Shown: positions 37,946 through 48,520 of the stretch, one piece after another
Layout: each line of letters opens with the position of its first letter
Position numbering within the stretch: the first letter of the stretch is position 1
From: Leptolyngbyaceae cyanobacterium
Lineage (GTDB): Bacteria; Cyanobacteriota; Cyanobacteriia; Cyanobacteriales; Aerosakkonemataceae
Assembly: GCA_036703985.1 (NCBI GenBank)
Contig: DATNQN010000123.1
Coordinates: 62,816-126,815, forward strand
Length of the DNA: 64,000 nt
Direction: 5' to 3'
Position numbers and translations under genes: made by a program
Notes under the pieces: generated by a model
Database searches by the model: none
The model's input: only the letters and a program-made list of their open reading frames with translations
Told to the model about the DNA's origin: nothing

Positions 37946-37976
37946 GAAACCCGGTTTTTTGAAGAAACCGGGTTTC
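37946..37976. repeat. Perfect hairpin repeat GAAACCCGGTTT-(loop)-AAACCGGGTTTC; copy 1 of 3 (others at 28757-28787 inside a CDS and at 46908-46940)
   Basis: An identical ~30-bp palindrome is found immediately after the dacB and Uma2 (46187..46879) stops, where it may act as a terminator. A third copy is embedded in the NB-ARC coding region, encoding ...KNPVSPRNRVF.... Confidence 0.7.
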
Positions 37977-38072
37977 TGGTAAGTGAAGGAGCGGGAAACA
38001 TCGTTTATTAAATCAGATATCAGCAGGTGTAAGATCTGAGAAATATCATAACGTCCGCGAAGTATCTCTTCA

Positions 38073-38549
38073 CTAATACTCAACATCTTCCCATTCCCCC
38101 CATTCATCTTTACACCACCCAAAACTACGCCAACATCCATGTCCGTTGGCTTGTTTTTCAAAAACAAACTCAAGAACACTTTCTCCAGTTTTTAGAGACA
38201 AACGCTTTTTGCTAGTAGCATCGAACAAAAACAGCGTAAGACTCACATAAAAAATATTCTTAACATTTCCTCCGGCTTCAGTTCCTACCATATCGCCACC
38301 AATCACAGCTGACCAAACTGTAGATAGCGGAGATATTTTTTTTTCCTCACTCCATATCCACTGACTAAATAACGGTGAATGTGGGTATTCGATACTTAAG
38401 TAAATTTCAGGTTCACGTTGAAAATTCTCTCCAATGAACTTCTGAAAATCATCCAGAAGAATATCAATAATTTCGTACCAAGTTTCTTTGGTATATGGTT
38501 CTTCACCTTGACCTGCACTCCAGAGCTTTTGTTCAAGATCGGTATTCAT
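38073..38549 (-). CDS. Hypothetical protein (158 aa, Trp-rich)
   Basis: ORF only; no recognised domain. Confidence 0.35.
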   Translation of the reverse strand: MNTDLEQKLWSAGQGEEPYTKETWYEIIDILLDDFQKFIGENFQREPEIYLSIEYPHSPLFSQWIWSEEKKISPLSTVWSAVIGGDMVGTEAGGNVKNIFYVSLTLFLFDATSKKRLSLKTGESVLEFVFEKQANGHGCWRSFGWCKDEWGEWEDVEY

Positions 38550-38802
38550 CTTTTGACCTCAAAACGGGTCTCCCGTTCTTGTTGTGATAACGCAAGCTTA
38601 TAATCTAGCTGCATCAAAGTTTTCAGCCTTTATTACCGAGCAAAAATGTATCAACCACTACTTTTTACACAAACATCCGGGAGAGCCCTATACGCCAGAA
38701 TATTACCTCTTTGATCGAGATAAACACATCATTCTGAATTGTGAATTCTGACCCCTAAAAAAATAATAGGGTGAGCATCGCTCACCCTACAAACTAAACA
38801 AC

Positions 38803-39864
38803 CTAATACCGATCTTCTTCTTCGTATTCTGGCGTTTTCGTTTTTTCCGGTATATTCAACTTAGGAGCTTTGTAAGGTTTAGGTGATTCTTCATCAGCCC
38901 AAACATCTTCTACCTCGTCCTCTTCTTCCTCGTAGTCATCCTCATATTTTCTGTTGTCGTAACGGGGGGGAGGTTCCGGGGTCGCATAGGCTTTTTTGGC
39001 GTAATTGTTGCGGGTGGGTGTTGCTTCGCTCCAATTATCCTCTTCTTCTAGTTCGTCTTCTTCGTAATAAAGTGTTTCAGGTTCGGGACGAGGTAATGGT
39101 TGCGCTTTGCGTAAAGGTTGGGGACGGGCGGGGGGTGCGGCTTCTTCCCATTCGTCGTCGGACTCCTGCCACGATTCTTGCACAACTGGTCTGGCTCGGC
39201 GAATCGGTTCGGCTTTTTGGAGGGGAACGCCTGTGGGTAGTTGATTTTCTGGTCTGATGGTGGTAGGTCGGTAGTATTCTTCGTCTTCTTCTCTTTCCCA
39301 AGGTGCTCTACCGATGCCAAGACGTTCTAGGACGCCTACGGTTAATTGTACCAGTCGTTCTTCCGATCCCTCGAATACGATCAGACGATTTGGGCCACTG
39401 CTGACAATTTCCTCGATGGGAAGTTCGTAAGTACTAATTGTCTCAAAACCTGCAATGCGATCGGGTATTTGGGGAACTCCAATCGAAGCGATGATCAGGG
39501 AGGTTACTTTACCAGTTTCTGTATCGAATTTGAAACCCCTCACCCGTCCTAGCATTTCGCCAGTTTCGGTGATCACTTCGCAGTTGATCAGGGTGCTGTA
39601 AATTTCTACATCAACATCATCTTCCAGTACGCTTTCGTCATCGACTAGGATCACGTCACCGATTTGACGAATGCGGCTGAGTAGCATATACCTGGGAATG
39701 TTGCCGATCGAGATCAGGCTTTCTCGCAAACCGAGTGCTACGATCTCTCGCCGATCGATATCTACCCACAGTTGACTAACCACCCCAAGGCGTTTACCTG
39801 TGTCGCGGGTGATTACCTGGGTACCCAAGATGTCTGAGCGTAGGCGGATCTGTTCAGATGTCAT
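38803..39864 (-). CDS. Tandem PRC-barrel domain protein with a long acidic/Pro-rich C-terminal tail
   Basis: Two PRC-barrel-like units (GTQVITRDTGKRLGVVSQLWVDIDRREIVALGL; CEVITETGEMLGRVRGFKFDTETGKVTSLIIA). The C-terminal 150 aa are E/D/P/Y-rich. Confidence 0.6.
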   Translation of the reverse strand: MTSEQIRLRSDILGTQVITRDTGKRLGVVSQLWVDIDRREIVALGLRESLISIGNIPRYMLLSRIRQIGDVILVDDESVLEDDVDVEIYSTLINCEVITETGEMLGRVRGFKFDTETGKVTSLIIASIGVPQIPDRIAGFETISTYELPIEEIVSSGPNRLIVFEGSEERLVQLTVGVLERLGIGRAPWEREEDEEYYRPTTIRPENQLPTGVPLQKAEPIRRARPVVQESWQESDDEWEEAAPPARPQPLRKAQPLPRPEPETLYYEEDELEEEDNWSEATPTRNNYAKKAYATPEPPPRYDNRKYEDDYEEEEDEVEDVWADEESPKPYKAPKLNIPEKTKTPEYEEEDRY

Positions 39865-40053
39865 TATGTATCCCGAATCTGGGTCTCTAACCCTGTTACA
39901 ATACTTATCTTAATTATTGAAACTCCTATTGACCTCTTTTACCAATTAACTTTAACAGAGTAATTAATAATCTTTCTCCGTGCCCCCTGCCCCCTGCCCC
40001 CCTGCGAGGATAGTAAATGGACAGAGCTTAATTAGAAATGGTATTTGAGGCTA

Positions 40054-43000
40054 TTAGGACTGTAACTTAATTCCCAAAACTTGGGTATAAGCTCCCCTGG
40101 CTTGGGTAACACCAATCACGCGCTCTGCCGATTTAATCATGGGGCCTTTATGACTTACGACGATAAACTGTGCTTGGGTTGACTGTTGTTTGATTATTGT
40201 AGCCAATCGATCGACATTTGCCCCGTCTAAAAACATATCTACTTCATCAAAAGCGTAGAAAGGTGAAGGACGGTAACGTTGCAAGGCGAAAATAAAGCTA
40301 AGAGCAGTCATGGATTTTTCGCCACCAGACATGGATGCTAGGCGTTGTACTGGTTTACCTTTGGGATGAGCAACTAGGTTTAGTCCCCCGGAAAAGGGAT
40401 CGTCAGGGTTATCTAATGTTAAACTGCCATCTCCGTCGGAAAGTTCGGCAAAAATGCTTTGGAAGTTTTCGTTTACGGCGTCGAATGATTCTCGAAAAGC
40501 ACGTAACCGCAAGGTGGTGAAATTCTCAATTCGCAACAGTAATTCGGTGCGCTCTTGTTCTAGGGTAGTTAGTTTTTGGGTGAGTTCGTCGAGACGGGCT
40601 TGAGTGCGATCGTATTCTTCCAGGGCTAACATATTTACGGGTTCCATCGCCTGGAGTCGTTTTTGCAGAGATTTCATTTCTTTCTGCAATTCATCTAAAT
40701 TGACATCTTCTGGCACGCTTGGCAATGGTTCGGGTAACTCGGTTTGTTTGGCTTCCCGTAGTGCTTTGATGTTAGTTAATTCTTCCCGACGAGTAGCTTG
40801 AGTTTCTTGCAGTTTTTGCAATTCCCATTCTAATTGTTGTTGAGATAAGCGATGTTTTTGCAATTCGCTTTCCGTGCGATCGCGTTCTTTTTTCTCTTCT
40901 CCTAATTTCTCTTCTGCTTGAGTCATCGCAACTTGCGTTTGCGCTATCTGTTCGCTAATTACTGATAGCTGAGTTTTCACTCCTGACTCCTGACTCCTGA
41001 CTCCTGATTCCTGATTTTGATATTCTTCCACTCGTCGATGACAGTCTTGAATTTTTTCCTGCAACCGTTGTTGTTGATTTGCCAAATCTTTAACTCGTTG
41101 TTCCGCATTGCGAACGGCTTCTTCTCTTTCTCGTAATTCGGCTTCCTGCAATTTAATTCGAGCTTGAATTTGTTGCCATTCACTATGAGTTTGGGATTGT
41201 TCCAACTCTGCCAAAGCTTGACGCAGTTGGGCGAGTTGCGCTTCTTGTTCGGGTAATTGAACATCTAAAGATTGCAAACGAGATTCTGCGTTCGCTAGTT
41301 CTTGACTATTTTTTGCTAATTGCGATCGCGCTTGTTCTTGTTGCGCGATCGCATTCTTAATTTCTTTCTGCAATTGCTCAAAATGCAACTCCTGTTCCCG
41401 CCGTTGTTGGCGTGCTTCCGTCAACTCCTGACTTTTCTGTTTTACCTTACTAGTTAGAGAATGAATTGCCTCTCCACAGCGATCCAAAATGCGATCGATT
41501 TCCTGCAATCGATTTTTCAAAGCAACTGCTTCCGCCGACTCACTCGGATCGCCAATCCCAAAATGAAGAGTAGAACGTTGACTGAGACTACCACCAGTCA
41601 TCGCGCCACTAGTTTCTAACAATTCACCATCCAAAGTAACGATGCGATATTGCCCGATGTAAACTCGCGCATCATCCAATCTTTCAAATACAACCGTACC
41701 GCCAAATACATATTGAAAAACATTCCGATATCGAGAATCGTAATCGATTAAATTAACGCAATAATCGATAAATCCATTAGCATATTTTAATGATGTTGCC
41801 GGATGAAATGGGGGTGATTGAATTTTGTTTAAAGGTAAAAACGTAACTCGCCCTGCTCGTTTTTGTTTGATCAATTCAATTCCGGCAGCCGCCACTCCAT
41901 CATCTTCTACCACCAAATTACCCAAACGCCCACCAGCCGCCGTTTCCAGAGCGATTTGATAACGTGGATCAACTCTCCCCAATTGTGCAACTAAACCGCA
42001 AACTCCCGGCAATCCAGATTGTTGAATTAACTGAATTGCATAAGTACCTTGCGCTTCTTGTTGAGCTTGGGCTTGCGCTTCCAGTTTATCTAATTGGCGA
42101 TGTTTTTCTCGTTGTTCTTGTAATAAACGTTTTTGGGTTTCTTGCTGAAGTTGCAGTTCTTGTTCGGCAGCGGATAAAGTTTTGGCTAAGGTTTGTACTG
42201 TTTGAGCCGATTCTGATAATTGAATTTCAAAATCAGCCGCACGGGATTGTTTAGTTTCCAGTTGCGGTTCTAAGTCTTGCAAAAGTTGAGTTTGTTCTTC
42301 GATTTGACGAGATAAATTAGTATAACGTTCTCTTAGTTGCGCTTGTTCCGTGCGTTGGGGGTCGATGGTTTGCAAGAGGTTTTCCACTTGGCGAGTTAGG
42401 GCAGTTTGTTGTTGTACCCAAGCTTCCGATGCAGATGCGATCGCACTCGCATTTTCTCTGTTTTGATTTAAATCCTGGTGCGCTTCATTCCGTACCGCTA
42501 TTAAAGAAGATAACTGATGTTGCACAGTTGTCTGTTCGTGAGATAATTGTTCTATATTTTCTTCATATCTGGCAATCTCTTGCTGAGTTTCTTGCAAACG
42601 CCGTGCGGCTTCTTTGCCAGTATTTTCTAATTCCCGTTTCTGTCTTTCTAATTGTCGTTGTTCGGCTTGTTGAGTCGCGAGAACTGATTGCAAAGATAGT
42701 AATTCTTCTTCTCCCAAAGCTTTTACCCGCACGTTTAAGTCTTCTAATCGGGCAGTGGTTTGGGCGATTTGGGCGTTAATATTGGTTAGCTGTTCTGTTA
42801 ATTGAGTAGAATTGCGATCGCCAGCTTCGATTTGTTCCCTGAGATTCCATTCGTGTTGTTGCAGAGAACGCCACGCCAGCACGATTTCCCACTTTTCCTT
42901 TTCTTGAAGTTCGGCGCGAAGTTTTTGATATTTTTCTGCTTTAATGCGATCTTGAGAAAGACGATCGCGTTGCGCTGTCAATTCCTTTTCCACAATTCGA

Positions 43001-43719
43001 CAGCTATCTTCTTTTTCTTTAACTGTCTCTAAAGTTTCCTTTGCTTGGCTAATTTTGCGGTCAAAAGCTGCCACTCCCGCCAATTCATCGATGATTTCCC
43101 GCCGTTCTCTCCCATTCATCGAAATGATACTGGTGACATCCCCTTGCAGCACCACATTGTAACCTTCTGGATAAATTCGCAGCCGTTCTAACTGTTCGTG
43201 CAGTTCGGAAACGTTACAAGTTTGGCCATTAATGTAATAAGTCGAAGTGTAGCTACCCTGTTTGGTAACGCGCAACCGACGGGTGACACTCCATTCCTTT
43301 GCTGACTTAGCATCGGGATTTTCCGCCGTCGCACCATTTTGCGTCCCTACTTCCTCGCTCCCCTGCTCCTCTGCACCCCCGCTCCCCTGCTCCTCTGCAC
43401 CCTCGCTCCCCTGCTCCCCCGCTTCCTCCGTCACATCTGTTGGGAATGTATCCTCATCGCTCAAATCAAATGTAACAGTTACGATCGCTTCTGCCGCACC
43501 CCGCTGCATCTGATTTTGGTTCACCAAATCTGGCAGACGTTCCGCACGCATTCCCCTAGAACTCGCCAATCCCAGACAAAACAGCAGCGCATCCAGAATA
43601 TTCGATTTGCCCGAACCATTTGGCCCAGTAACCACAGTAAACCCAGGCAGCACGGGGATTTGGACAGTGCCACCAAAAGATTTAAAGTGAGTTAGTTCTA
43701 GGCGCTTGATATAAACCAT
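40054..43719 (-). CDS. smc: Chromosome segregation protein SMC
   Basis: 1221 aa. N-terminal Walker A FTVVTGPNGSGKSNILDALLFCLG, long coiled-coils and a hinge. C-terminal signature LSGGEKSMTALSFIFAL and Walker B FYAFDEVDMFLD. It contains two in-frame repeat-derived insertions (EEQGSEGAEEQGSGGAEEQGSEE near the N-terminus; ESGVRSQESGVKTQ mid-protein). Confidence 0.9.
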   Translation of the reverse strand: MVYIKRLELTHFKSFGGTVQIPVLPGFTVVTGPNGSGKSNILDALLFCLGLASSRGMRAERLPDLVNQNQMQRGAAEAIVTVTFDLSDEDTFPTDVTEEAGEQGSEGAEEQGSGGAEEQGSEEVGTQNGATAENPDAKSAKEWSVTRRLRVTKQGSYTSTYYINGQTCNVSELHEQLERLRIYPEGYNVVLQGDVTSIISMNGRERREIIDELAGVAAFDRKISQAKETLETVKEKEDSCRIVEKELTAQRDRLSQDRIKAEKYQKLRAELQEKEKWEIVLAWRSLQQHEWNLREQIEAGDRNSTQLTEQLTNINAQIAQTTARLEDLNVRVKALGEEELLSLQSVLATQQAEQRQLERQKRELENTGKEAARRLQETQQEIARYEENIEQLSHEQTTVQHQLSSLIAVRNEAHQDLNQNRENASAIASASEAWVQQQTALTRQVENLLQTIDPQRTEQAQLRERYTNLSRQIEEQTQLLQDLEPQLETKQSRAADFEIQLSESAQTVQTLAKTLSAAEQELQLQQETQKRLLQEQREKHRQLDKLEAQAQAQQEAQGTYAIQLIQQSGLPGVCGLVAQLGRVDPRYQIALETAAGGRLGNLVVEDDGVAAAGIELIKQKRAGRVTFLPLNKIQSPPFHPATSLKYANGFIDYCVNLIDYDSRYRNVFQYVFGGTVVFERLDDARVYIGQYRIVTLDGELLETSGAMTGGSLSQRSTLHFGIGDPSESAEAVALKNRLQEIDRILDRCGEAIHSLTSKVKQKSQELTEARQQRREQELHFEQLQKEIKNAIAQQEQARSQLAKNSQELANAESRLQSLDVQLPEQEAQLAQLRQALAELEQSQTHSEWQQIQARIKLQEAELREREEAVRNAEQRVKDLANQQQRLQEKIQDCHRRVEEYQNQESGVRSQESGVKTQLSVISEQIAQTQVAMTQAEEKLGEEKKERDRTESELQKHRLSQQQLEWELQKLQETQATRREELTNIKALREAKQTELPEPLPSVPEDVNLDELQKEMKSLQKRLQAMEPVNMLALEEYDRTQARLDELTQKLTTLEQERTELLLRIENFTTLRLRAFRESFDAVNENFQSIFAELSDGDGSLTLDNPDDPFSGGLNLVAHPKGKPVQRLASMSGGEKSMTALSFIFALQRYRPSPFYAFDEVDMFLDGANVDRLATIIKQQSTQAQFIVVSHKGPMIKSAERVIGVTQARGAYTQVLGIKLQS

Positions 43720-43976
43720 AAGTACGGGACAATCGATCGATTTTAGATTTTAGGTTTTAGATTTTAGATTGACCCTACGGATAAATCCGGGGAACGGTCA
43801 CTTGGACATGATGGTACAAGCGTATTACTAGGGATTTTCAACAGGTTAACACGGCCAGTCATATAGATGGAAGATACTATTCTATTCTCCAGCACGGGTA
43901 GAGATCACCCTGCTAGATTAGCAATTAATACTCCCCTATCCTTGGCAGTTCAGTAATTTACCCCTACTCAGTTTCT

Positions 43977-46136
43977 ATGACAATTCCTGAAATCCTCCAG
44001 CTAGTCCTCCAGCTAGTACCACTATGGCTACTGAACGGATTACTAATCGTTACTACGGGTCTTTTGATTAATGAATGGGGTAAGCCAGGTATTTCATCCC
44101 GACACAAATGGTTAATTCTTGGGCTAGGTGCTGTGTGTGGTTTAATGACAGCCTTAGTGAACTGGGCAAGTGATGCCACCTCAGAAGATAACCAAAGATA
44201 TTTTTTAGTCTTGGGCTATGCTTACTCGTTTTTAACAATCTTTTGGATTACCTACCAGCAAAATGCCGAAACTCCTTCCCCTCGCAATCAACTGCTTAAG
44301 GCTATCCGGGAAGAAGTAACCCAACGGCTAGAAACCTCGCTGCACAACCAAAAAATGATTGACTTAGCAGCAAAAGAGTTACCCCATCACGTCGGGAGAA
44401 TGCCGATTTCCGAGAAACCGCAACCGATAAACTGGATTGAACAATCGAAAGAGTGGATGTCGCAATTTTTGAGAATGCCAAATTCGGGAATTGCGACAAC
44501 TGATAACAGGGAAGATATTACCGCTCAAGAAAAAATCATTGATGTTTTTAAGAACAAAGACGGTAAATTACTAATTCTGGGAGAACCGGGTGCGGGAAAA
44601 ACTACAACCCTGCTAGATTTAGCGAAAGATTTATGTGTTGATGCAGTAGCAGACGAAAACAAACCCATCCCGATAATAGTTGACCTTTTTTCGTGGAAAG
44701 ATAACCGCCTTTCTCTACCTGATTGGTTGGCAGTAGAACTGAAAAATAAGTATGGTGTACGCGCCGATATTACTAAACAATTACTAGATAATCATCAGTT
44801 ATTACCATTACTGGATGGTTTCGATGAATTGGAAGAAAATCGACAAGTAAGCTGCATTCGACAAATAAATGAATTTCTGGAAACAGACGCTAGGGCGCAA
44901 CATTTGGTAGTTTGTTCTCGACTGAAAGAGTTTGAGCGATGCAATACACCTTTACGCCTAAACGGTGCAGTGTGTTTGCAACCTTTGGAACCAGCACAAA
45001 TGCAGAATTATTTACGCGAAGTAGGTTGTCTTAATTTATGGGATGGTATTAAATATACTTCTGATTTGTCGGAGTTGGCAAAGTCGCCCCTACTATTAAC
45101 TTTGATGGCGCTGGCATCTGGTTCTATTTCGATTTCGGATTGGCAAAAATGCAATACCGCTACGGAACGTCGTCGCTATCTGTTTGATGCCTATATCAAG
45201 CAAATGTTTAAGCGCGAGATTAAGCATAAATTTGAAAATTGTGACAATAAAAAGAAGGAATTAATAGAAAAACAACATTGCAAATGGTTGGCTTTTTTAG
45301 CAAAATCTTTAATAATAAATAATCAAACAGATTTTCTCATAGAAAAAATTCAGCCCAATCTGATAAATAACTCCAATCTTATTTTATGCTATCAGTTAAT
45401 ATTAATATTGCTTTCGCTTATACCAATCATACCATTTTTTGTAATTGTGTTATCACTTGGTGAACGTTTAATTTTAGGATTTTTAATGCTTATTATGGCA
45501 AAAGAAATTTTGAATTACTCTAATAATATTAATCCTTTAGCAACTTGGAAAATTTATTTAGTAGCAAGAGTAAATATGCCGCAATGGTTGGTTCGTAAAA
45601 TTATTTTTAATATGTTATTTATGGTAATATTACTTTCTCTAATTTTTGTAGTGTACTATACGCTATATACATTAATAATACCAATATATTCAGTGCTATT
45701 GTTAGTTATATGCCTATTCATTATATTAGTTTTGTCCGAATTTACAAAGGCTTTAAGAGTTGAAATAAAATATTTAATTAAACCAAATCAATTAATTTGG
45801 GAATCCGTTAAAAGCGCAATATCTTTTAGCGTCTTAACTTTCTTATTATTTATGATTCCTCTAATAACTTCAAAAATAGAAAAAATTAATTTTGATTTGC
45901 CATATGTACTTGCATTCGCAACATTTTCTGGAATATTATTTGGATTTTTTTTAGGTGGGGGTTTTGCTTGTATTCAACACTTTAGCTTGCGCCTAGTTCT
46001 TTGGTTGCATGGCGATATACCCTGGAACTATGCCAAATTCCTTAATTACGCCTCAGAGAAATTGTTTCTACAACGAATTGGTGGGCGTTATCGTTTCATT
46101 CACGATTTATTACGAGAGCATTTTGCTAATATGTAA
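43977..46136 (+). CDS. Membrane-embedded NACHT-family NTPase: N-terminal 3 TM, NACHT domain, polytopic TM region, then a C-terminal winged-helix-like end
   Basis: P-loop ILGEPGAGKTTTLLDLA. NACHT-type Walker B LLPLLDGFDELEE (hhhhDGhDE). A (V)VCSR motif follows. About 8 hydrophobic helices are encoded by a strongly AT-rich stretch (about 45300-45960). The terminal ...GDIPWNYAKFLNYASEKLFLQRIGGRYRFIHDLLREHFA resembles the STAND winged-helix FxHxxxQE(Y/H)FAA motif. Paralogous to 48521..51298. Confidence 0.65.
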   Translation: MTIPEILQLVLQLVPLWLLNGLLIVTTGLLINEWGKPGISSRHKWLILGLGAVCGLMTALVNWASDATSEDNQRYFLVLGYAYSFLTIFWITYQQNAETPSPRNQLLKAIREEVTQRLETSLHNQKMIDLAAKELPHHVGRMPISEKPQPINWIEQSKEWMSQFLRMPNSGIATTDNREDITAQEKIIDVFKNKDGKLLILGEPGAGKTTTLLDLAKDLCVDAVADENKPIPIIVDLFSWKDNRLSLPDWLAVELKNKYGVRADITKQLLDNHQLLPLLDGFDELEENRQVSCIRQINEFLETDARAQHLVVCSRLKEFERCNTPLRLNGAVCLQPLEPAQMQNYLREVGCLNLWDGIKYTSDLSELAKSPLLLTLMALASGSISISDWQKCNTATERRRYLFDAYIKQMFKREIKHKFENCDNKKKELIEKQHCKWLAFLAKSLIINNQTDFLIEKIQPNLINNSNLILCYQLILILLSLIPIIPFFVIVLSLGERLILGFLMLIMAKEILNYSNNINPLATWKIYLVARVNMPQWLVRKIIFNMLFMVILLSLIFVVYYTLYTLIIPIYSVLLLVICLFIILVLSEFTKALRVEIKYLIKPNQLIWESVKSAISFSVLTFLLFMIPLITSKIEKINFDLPYVLAFATFSGILFGFFLGGGFACIQHFSLRLVLWLHGDIPWNYAKFLNYASEKLFLQRIGGRYRFIHDLLREHFANM

Positions 46137-46186
46137 GTGCCTTCTCACAGTAGTTTAAAATAGTTCTATTATCAAGTGAAACAAAT

Positions 46187-46879
46187 ATGGCAACCCACGT
46201 AATTAACCAGCCAGTTCTTGAAATACCACCCTTAGAAAGTGGCGACAGATTAACGCGCAATGAATTTGAACGGCGTTATGAAGCTATGTCGCATATTAAG
46301 AAAGCAGAATTAATTGAAAGAGTGGTTTATATCCAGACATCAGTGCGTTGTAAAAGTCATGCAGAACCACACGCTAAAATAGTCGCTTGGTTGGGTAACT
46401 ATTGTGCAAAAACACCAGGGGTTGATTTACTAGATAATACAACAGTTCGTCTGGATGAAGATAACGAACCACAACCAGATGCAATGTTGCGAATAGATGT
46501 AGGCGGACAGTCTCGAATTACTGATGATGACTATGTGGAAGGTGCGCCGGAATTAATTGTTGAAATAGCAGCTAGTAGCGCTTCTTATGATTTACACGAT
46601 AAGTTAAAAGTTTACCGACGCAATCGAGTACAAGAATATTTAGTGTGGCGAGTTTATAACAAAGAGTTTGATTGGTTTAGATTAAATCAAGGTGAATATC
46701 TACCTGTAGAACTAAATACAGATGGTGTTATTTGCAGTCAAGTTTTTCCAGGTTTGTGGTTAGCAGTTGCTGATTTGTTAGATGGAAATTTAGCGGAAGT
46801 GTTGGCTGTGTTGCAGAAAGGATTGGAAACGGCAGAACATCAGGCTTTTGTGGAAAGGTTATCTACTTCAACGCCTTGA
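46187..46879 (+). CDS. Uma2 family endonuclease (DUF820)
   Basis: About 60% identical to the product of 1043..1726 (RNEFERRYEAMSHIKKAELIERVVYIQ...PELIVEIAASSASYDLHDKLKVYRRN). Confidence 0.8.
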   Translation: MATHVINQPVLEIPPLESGDRLTRNEFERRYEAMSHIKKAELIERVVYIQTSVRCKSHAEPHAKIVAWLGNYCAKTPGVDLLDNTTVRLDEDNEPQPDAMLRIDVGGQSRITDDDYVEGAPELIVEIAASSASYDLHDKLKVYRRNRVQEYLVWRVYNKEFDWFRLNQGEYLPVELNTDGVICSQVFPGLWLAVADLLDGNLAEVLAVLQKGLETAEHQAFVERLSTSTP

Positions 46880-47186
46880 TTGTAAGGAAATTGTGAATGG
46901 AGTACATAGAAACCCGGTTTCTTCAAGAAACCGGGTTTCTATCTTCTATTTCATGCAACTGCGATCGCACTTTTCAATAAAAGTAGGTATCATAAATCAA
47001 ACAACAGTATAAATTTCACTAAAAACAGTACTTAATCAAACATACCCATTACAAAAAATCGAACTTTTTGAATAGCAAATATGTATTATTAGTAAACTTT
47101 TCTAACATCTTCTTACCCAACAGTTGAATAAATAAAAAAATCGGGAACAATGAAAATACAAATCAAAGTTCCACGGGTAATTTTCT

Positions 47187-48317
47187 ATGCCAGTTAACAT
47201 TTACTCCAACTTAGTTGGAGATGGTTTAGAGTCGGAAGAAATCAAGCTGTATAACTTAATCAATCAGTATCGCGCTCAAAATGGACTACCCCCCATTGCA
47301 GCATCAAAAGCACTAACAACTGTTGCTAATCGCCACGTTCAAGATGTAGCAGAAAATTTACAAATAAAGATTAACGATTCCCGGAATCCACATTCTTGGA
47401 GTGATGCACCTTACGATCCTAATAATCCCAATACCTACTCTACTGTATGGGAAGCACCCAAACGTTTGAATACAGGTTATCCGGGTTTCGGTTATGAAAA
47501 TTTTTATATAACAACTGCACCTTTTACAAGTGCAGAACAAGTATTTGAAGCTTGGCAAAAGAGTCCTCCGCACAAGGCTTTAATGCTCAACCAAGATATT
47601 TGGCAGGAGCGAACTTGGAACGCTTTAGGAATTGGTATATATAAAGGATATGCTGCTTTGTGGGTTGGCGAACAAATCGATCCTACTGGTACGCCAAGTT
47701 TCGCCAACGATTCGATTACAGGTACGGATAATAGCGATACTCTGACGGGAACCGATCGCAATGATACGATAATTGCTTTAGCAGGCGATGATGTACTATT
47801 CGGTTATTCTGGCGATGATGCGTTATTCGGTAACTTGGGAAACGATACTATTTTTGGCTGGGAAGGTAACGATACGCTGCAAGGAGGTAAAGATAATGAT
47901 TGGTTATTCGGCAATCTAGGTAAAGATATTATCTATGGAAATCAAGGCAACGATACTATTTTTGGCGGCAAAGATGATGACATCATTTATGGCGGTAAAG
48001 ATAATGATGCGTTATTTGGCGATATAGGTAACGATCTGATATCTGGCGATTTTGGTGCTGATGTTTTAACGGGTGGTGCTGGTAACGATTTGTTTATTTT
48101 ACAATCTGCTAAAGGTGCAGATGTAATTACTGATTTTGCCGATGGAGTTGATTTAATTGGCTTAAGTAATGGGCTGAATTTTGCTAGTCTGACAATTACT
48201 CAAGGTACTGGTAATGATGTTGGTAATACTTTGATTAGTAGTAAAAATCAATTACTAGCGGTGCTGACAGGAGTGCAAGCAACGGCTATTACTGATGCAG
48301 ATTTCCGCCAGATTTAA
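47187..48317 (+). CDS. Secreted CAP (SCP/PR-1-like) domain protein fused to RTX-type Ca-binding nonapeptide repeats
   Basis: N-terminal YNLINQYRAQNGLPPIAASKALTTVANRHVQDVA...GYENFY (CAP-like). Then more than 12 consecutive GG.G.D..x-like nonapeptides (GTDRNDTIIALAGDDVLFGYSGDDALFGNLGNDTIFGWEGNDTLQGGKDNDWLFG...). Confidence 0.7.
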   Translation: MPVNIYSNLVGDGLESEEIKLYNLINQYRAQNGLPPIAASKALTTVANRHVQDVAENLQIKINDSRNPHSWSDAPYDPNNPNTYSTVWEAPKRLNTGYPGFGYENFYITTAPFTSAEQVFEAWQKSPPHKALMLNQDIWQERTWNALGIGIYKGYAALWVGEQIDPTGTPSFANDSITGTDNSDTLTGTDRNDTIIALAGDDVLFGYSGDDALFGNLGNDTIFGWEGNDTLQGGKDNDWLFGNLGKDIIYGNQGNDTIFGGKDDDIIYGGKDNDALFGDIGNDLISGDFGADVLTGGAGNDLFILQSAKGADVITDFADGVDLIGLSNGLNFASLTITQGTGNDVGNTLISSKNQLLAVLTGVQATAITDADFRQI

Positions 48318-48520
48318 AGATTATTTAGCAAAATAAATTAATTATACACGCGATTTTATTACATCTTGTATTAAGAGGCAGAGCCTCTATTTTTTCGTTC
48401 CCAGGTTGAACCTGGGAACGAGATCTGGGAGGTTCTACCTCCCTTACTGCAAACCAACACAAAACACCTATTCTCATCTATGATTCTGATAGACTAAAAA
48501 AGCCAGTCAAGTGATATCAG

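Noticed and set aside
45300-45960. Strongly AT-rich stretch inside the first NACHT gene, considered as a possible foreign insertion or IS remnant
   Set aside because: The reading frame stays open and encodes coherent hydrophobic helices that align with the (less AT-rich) membrane region of the paralog at 48521..51298. Interpreted as compositionally biased coding sequence, not an insertion.
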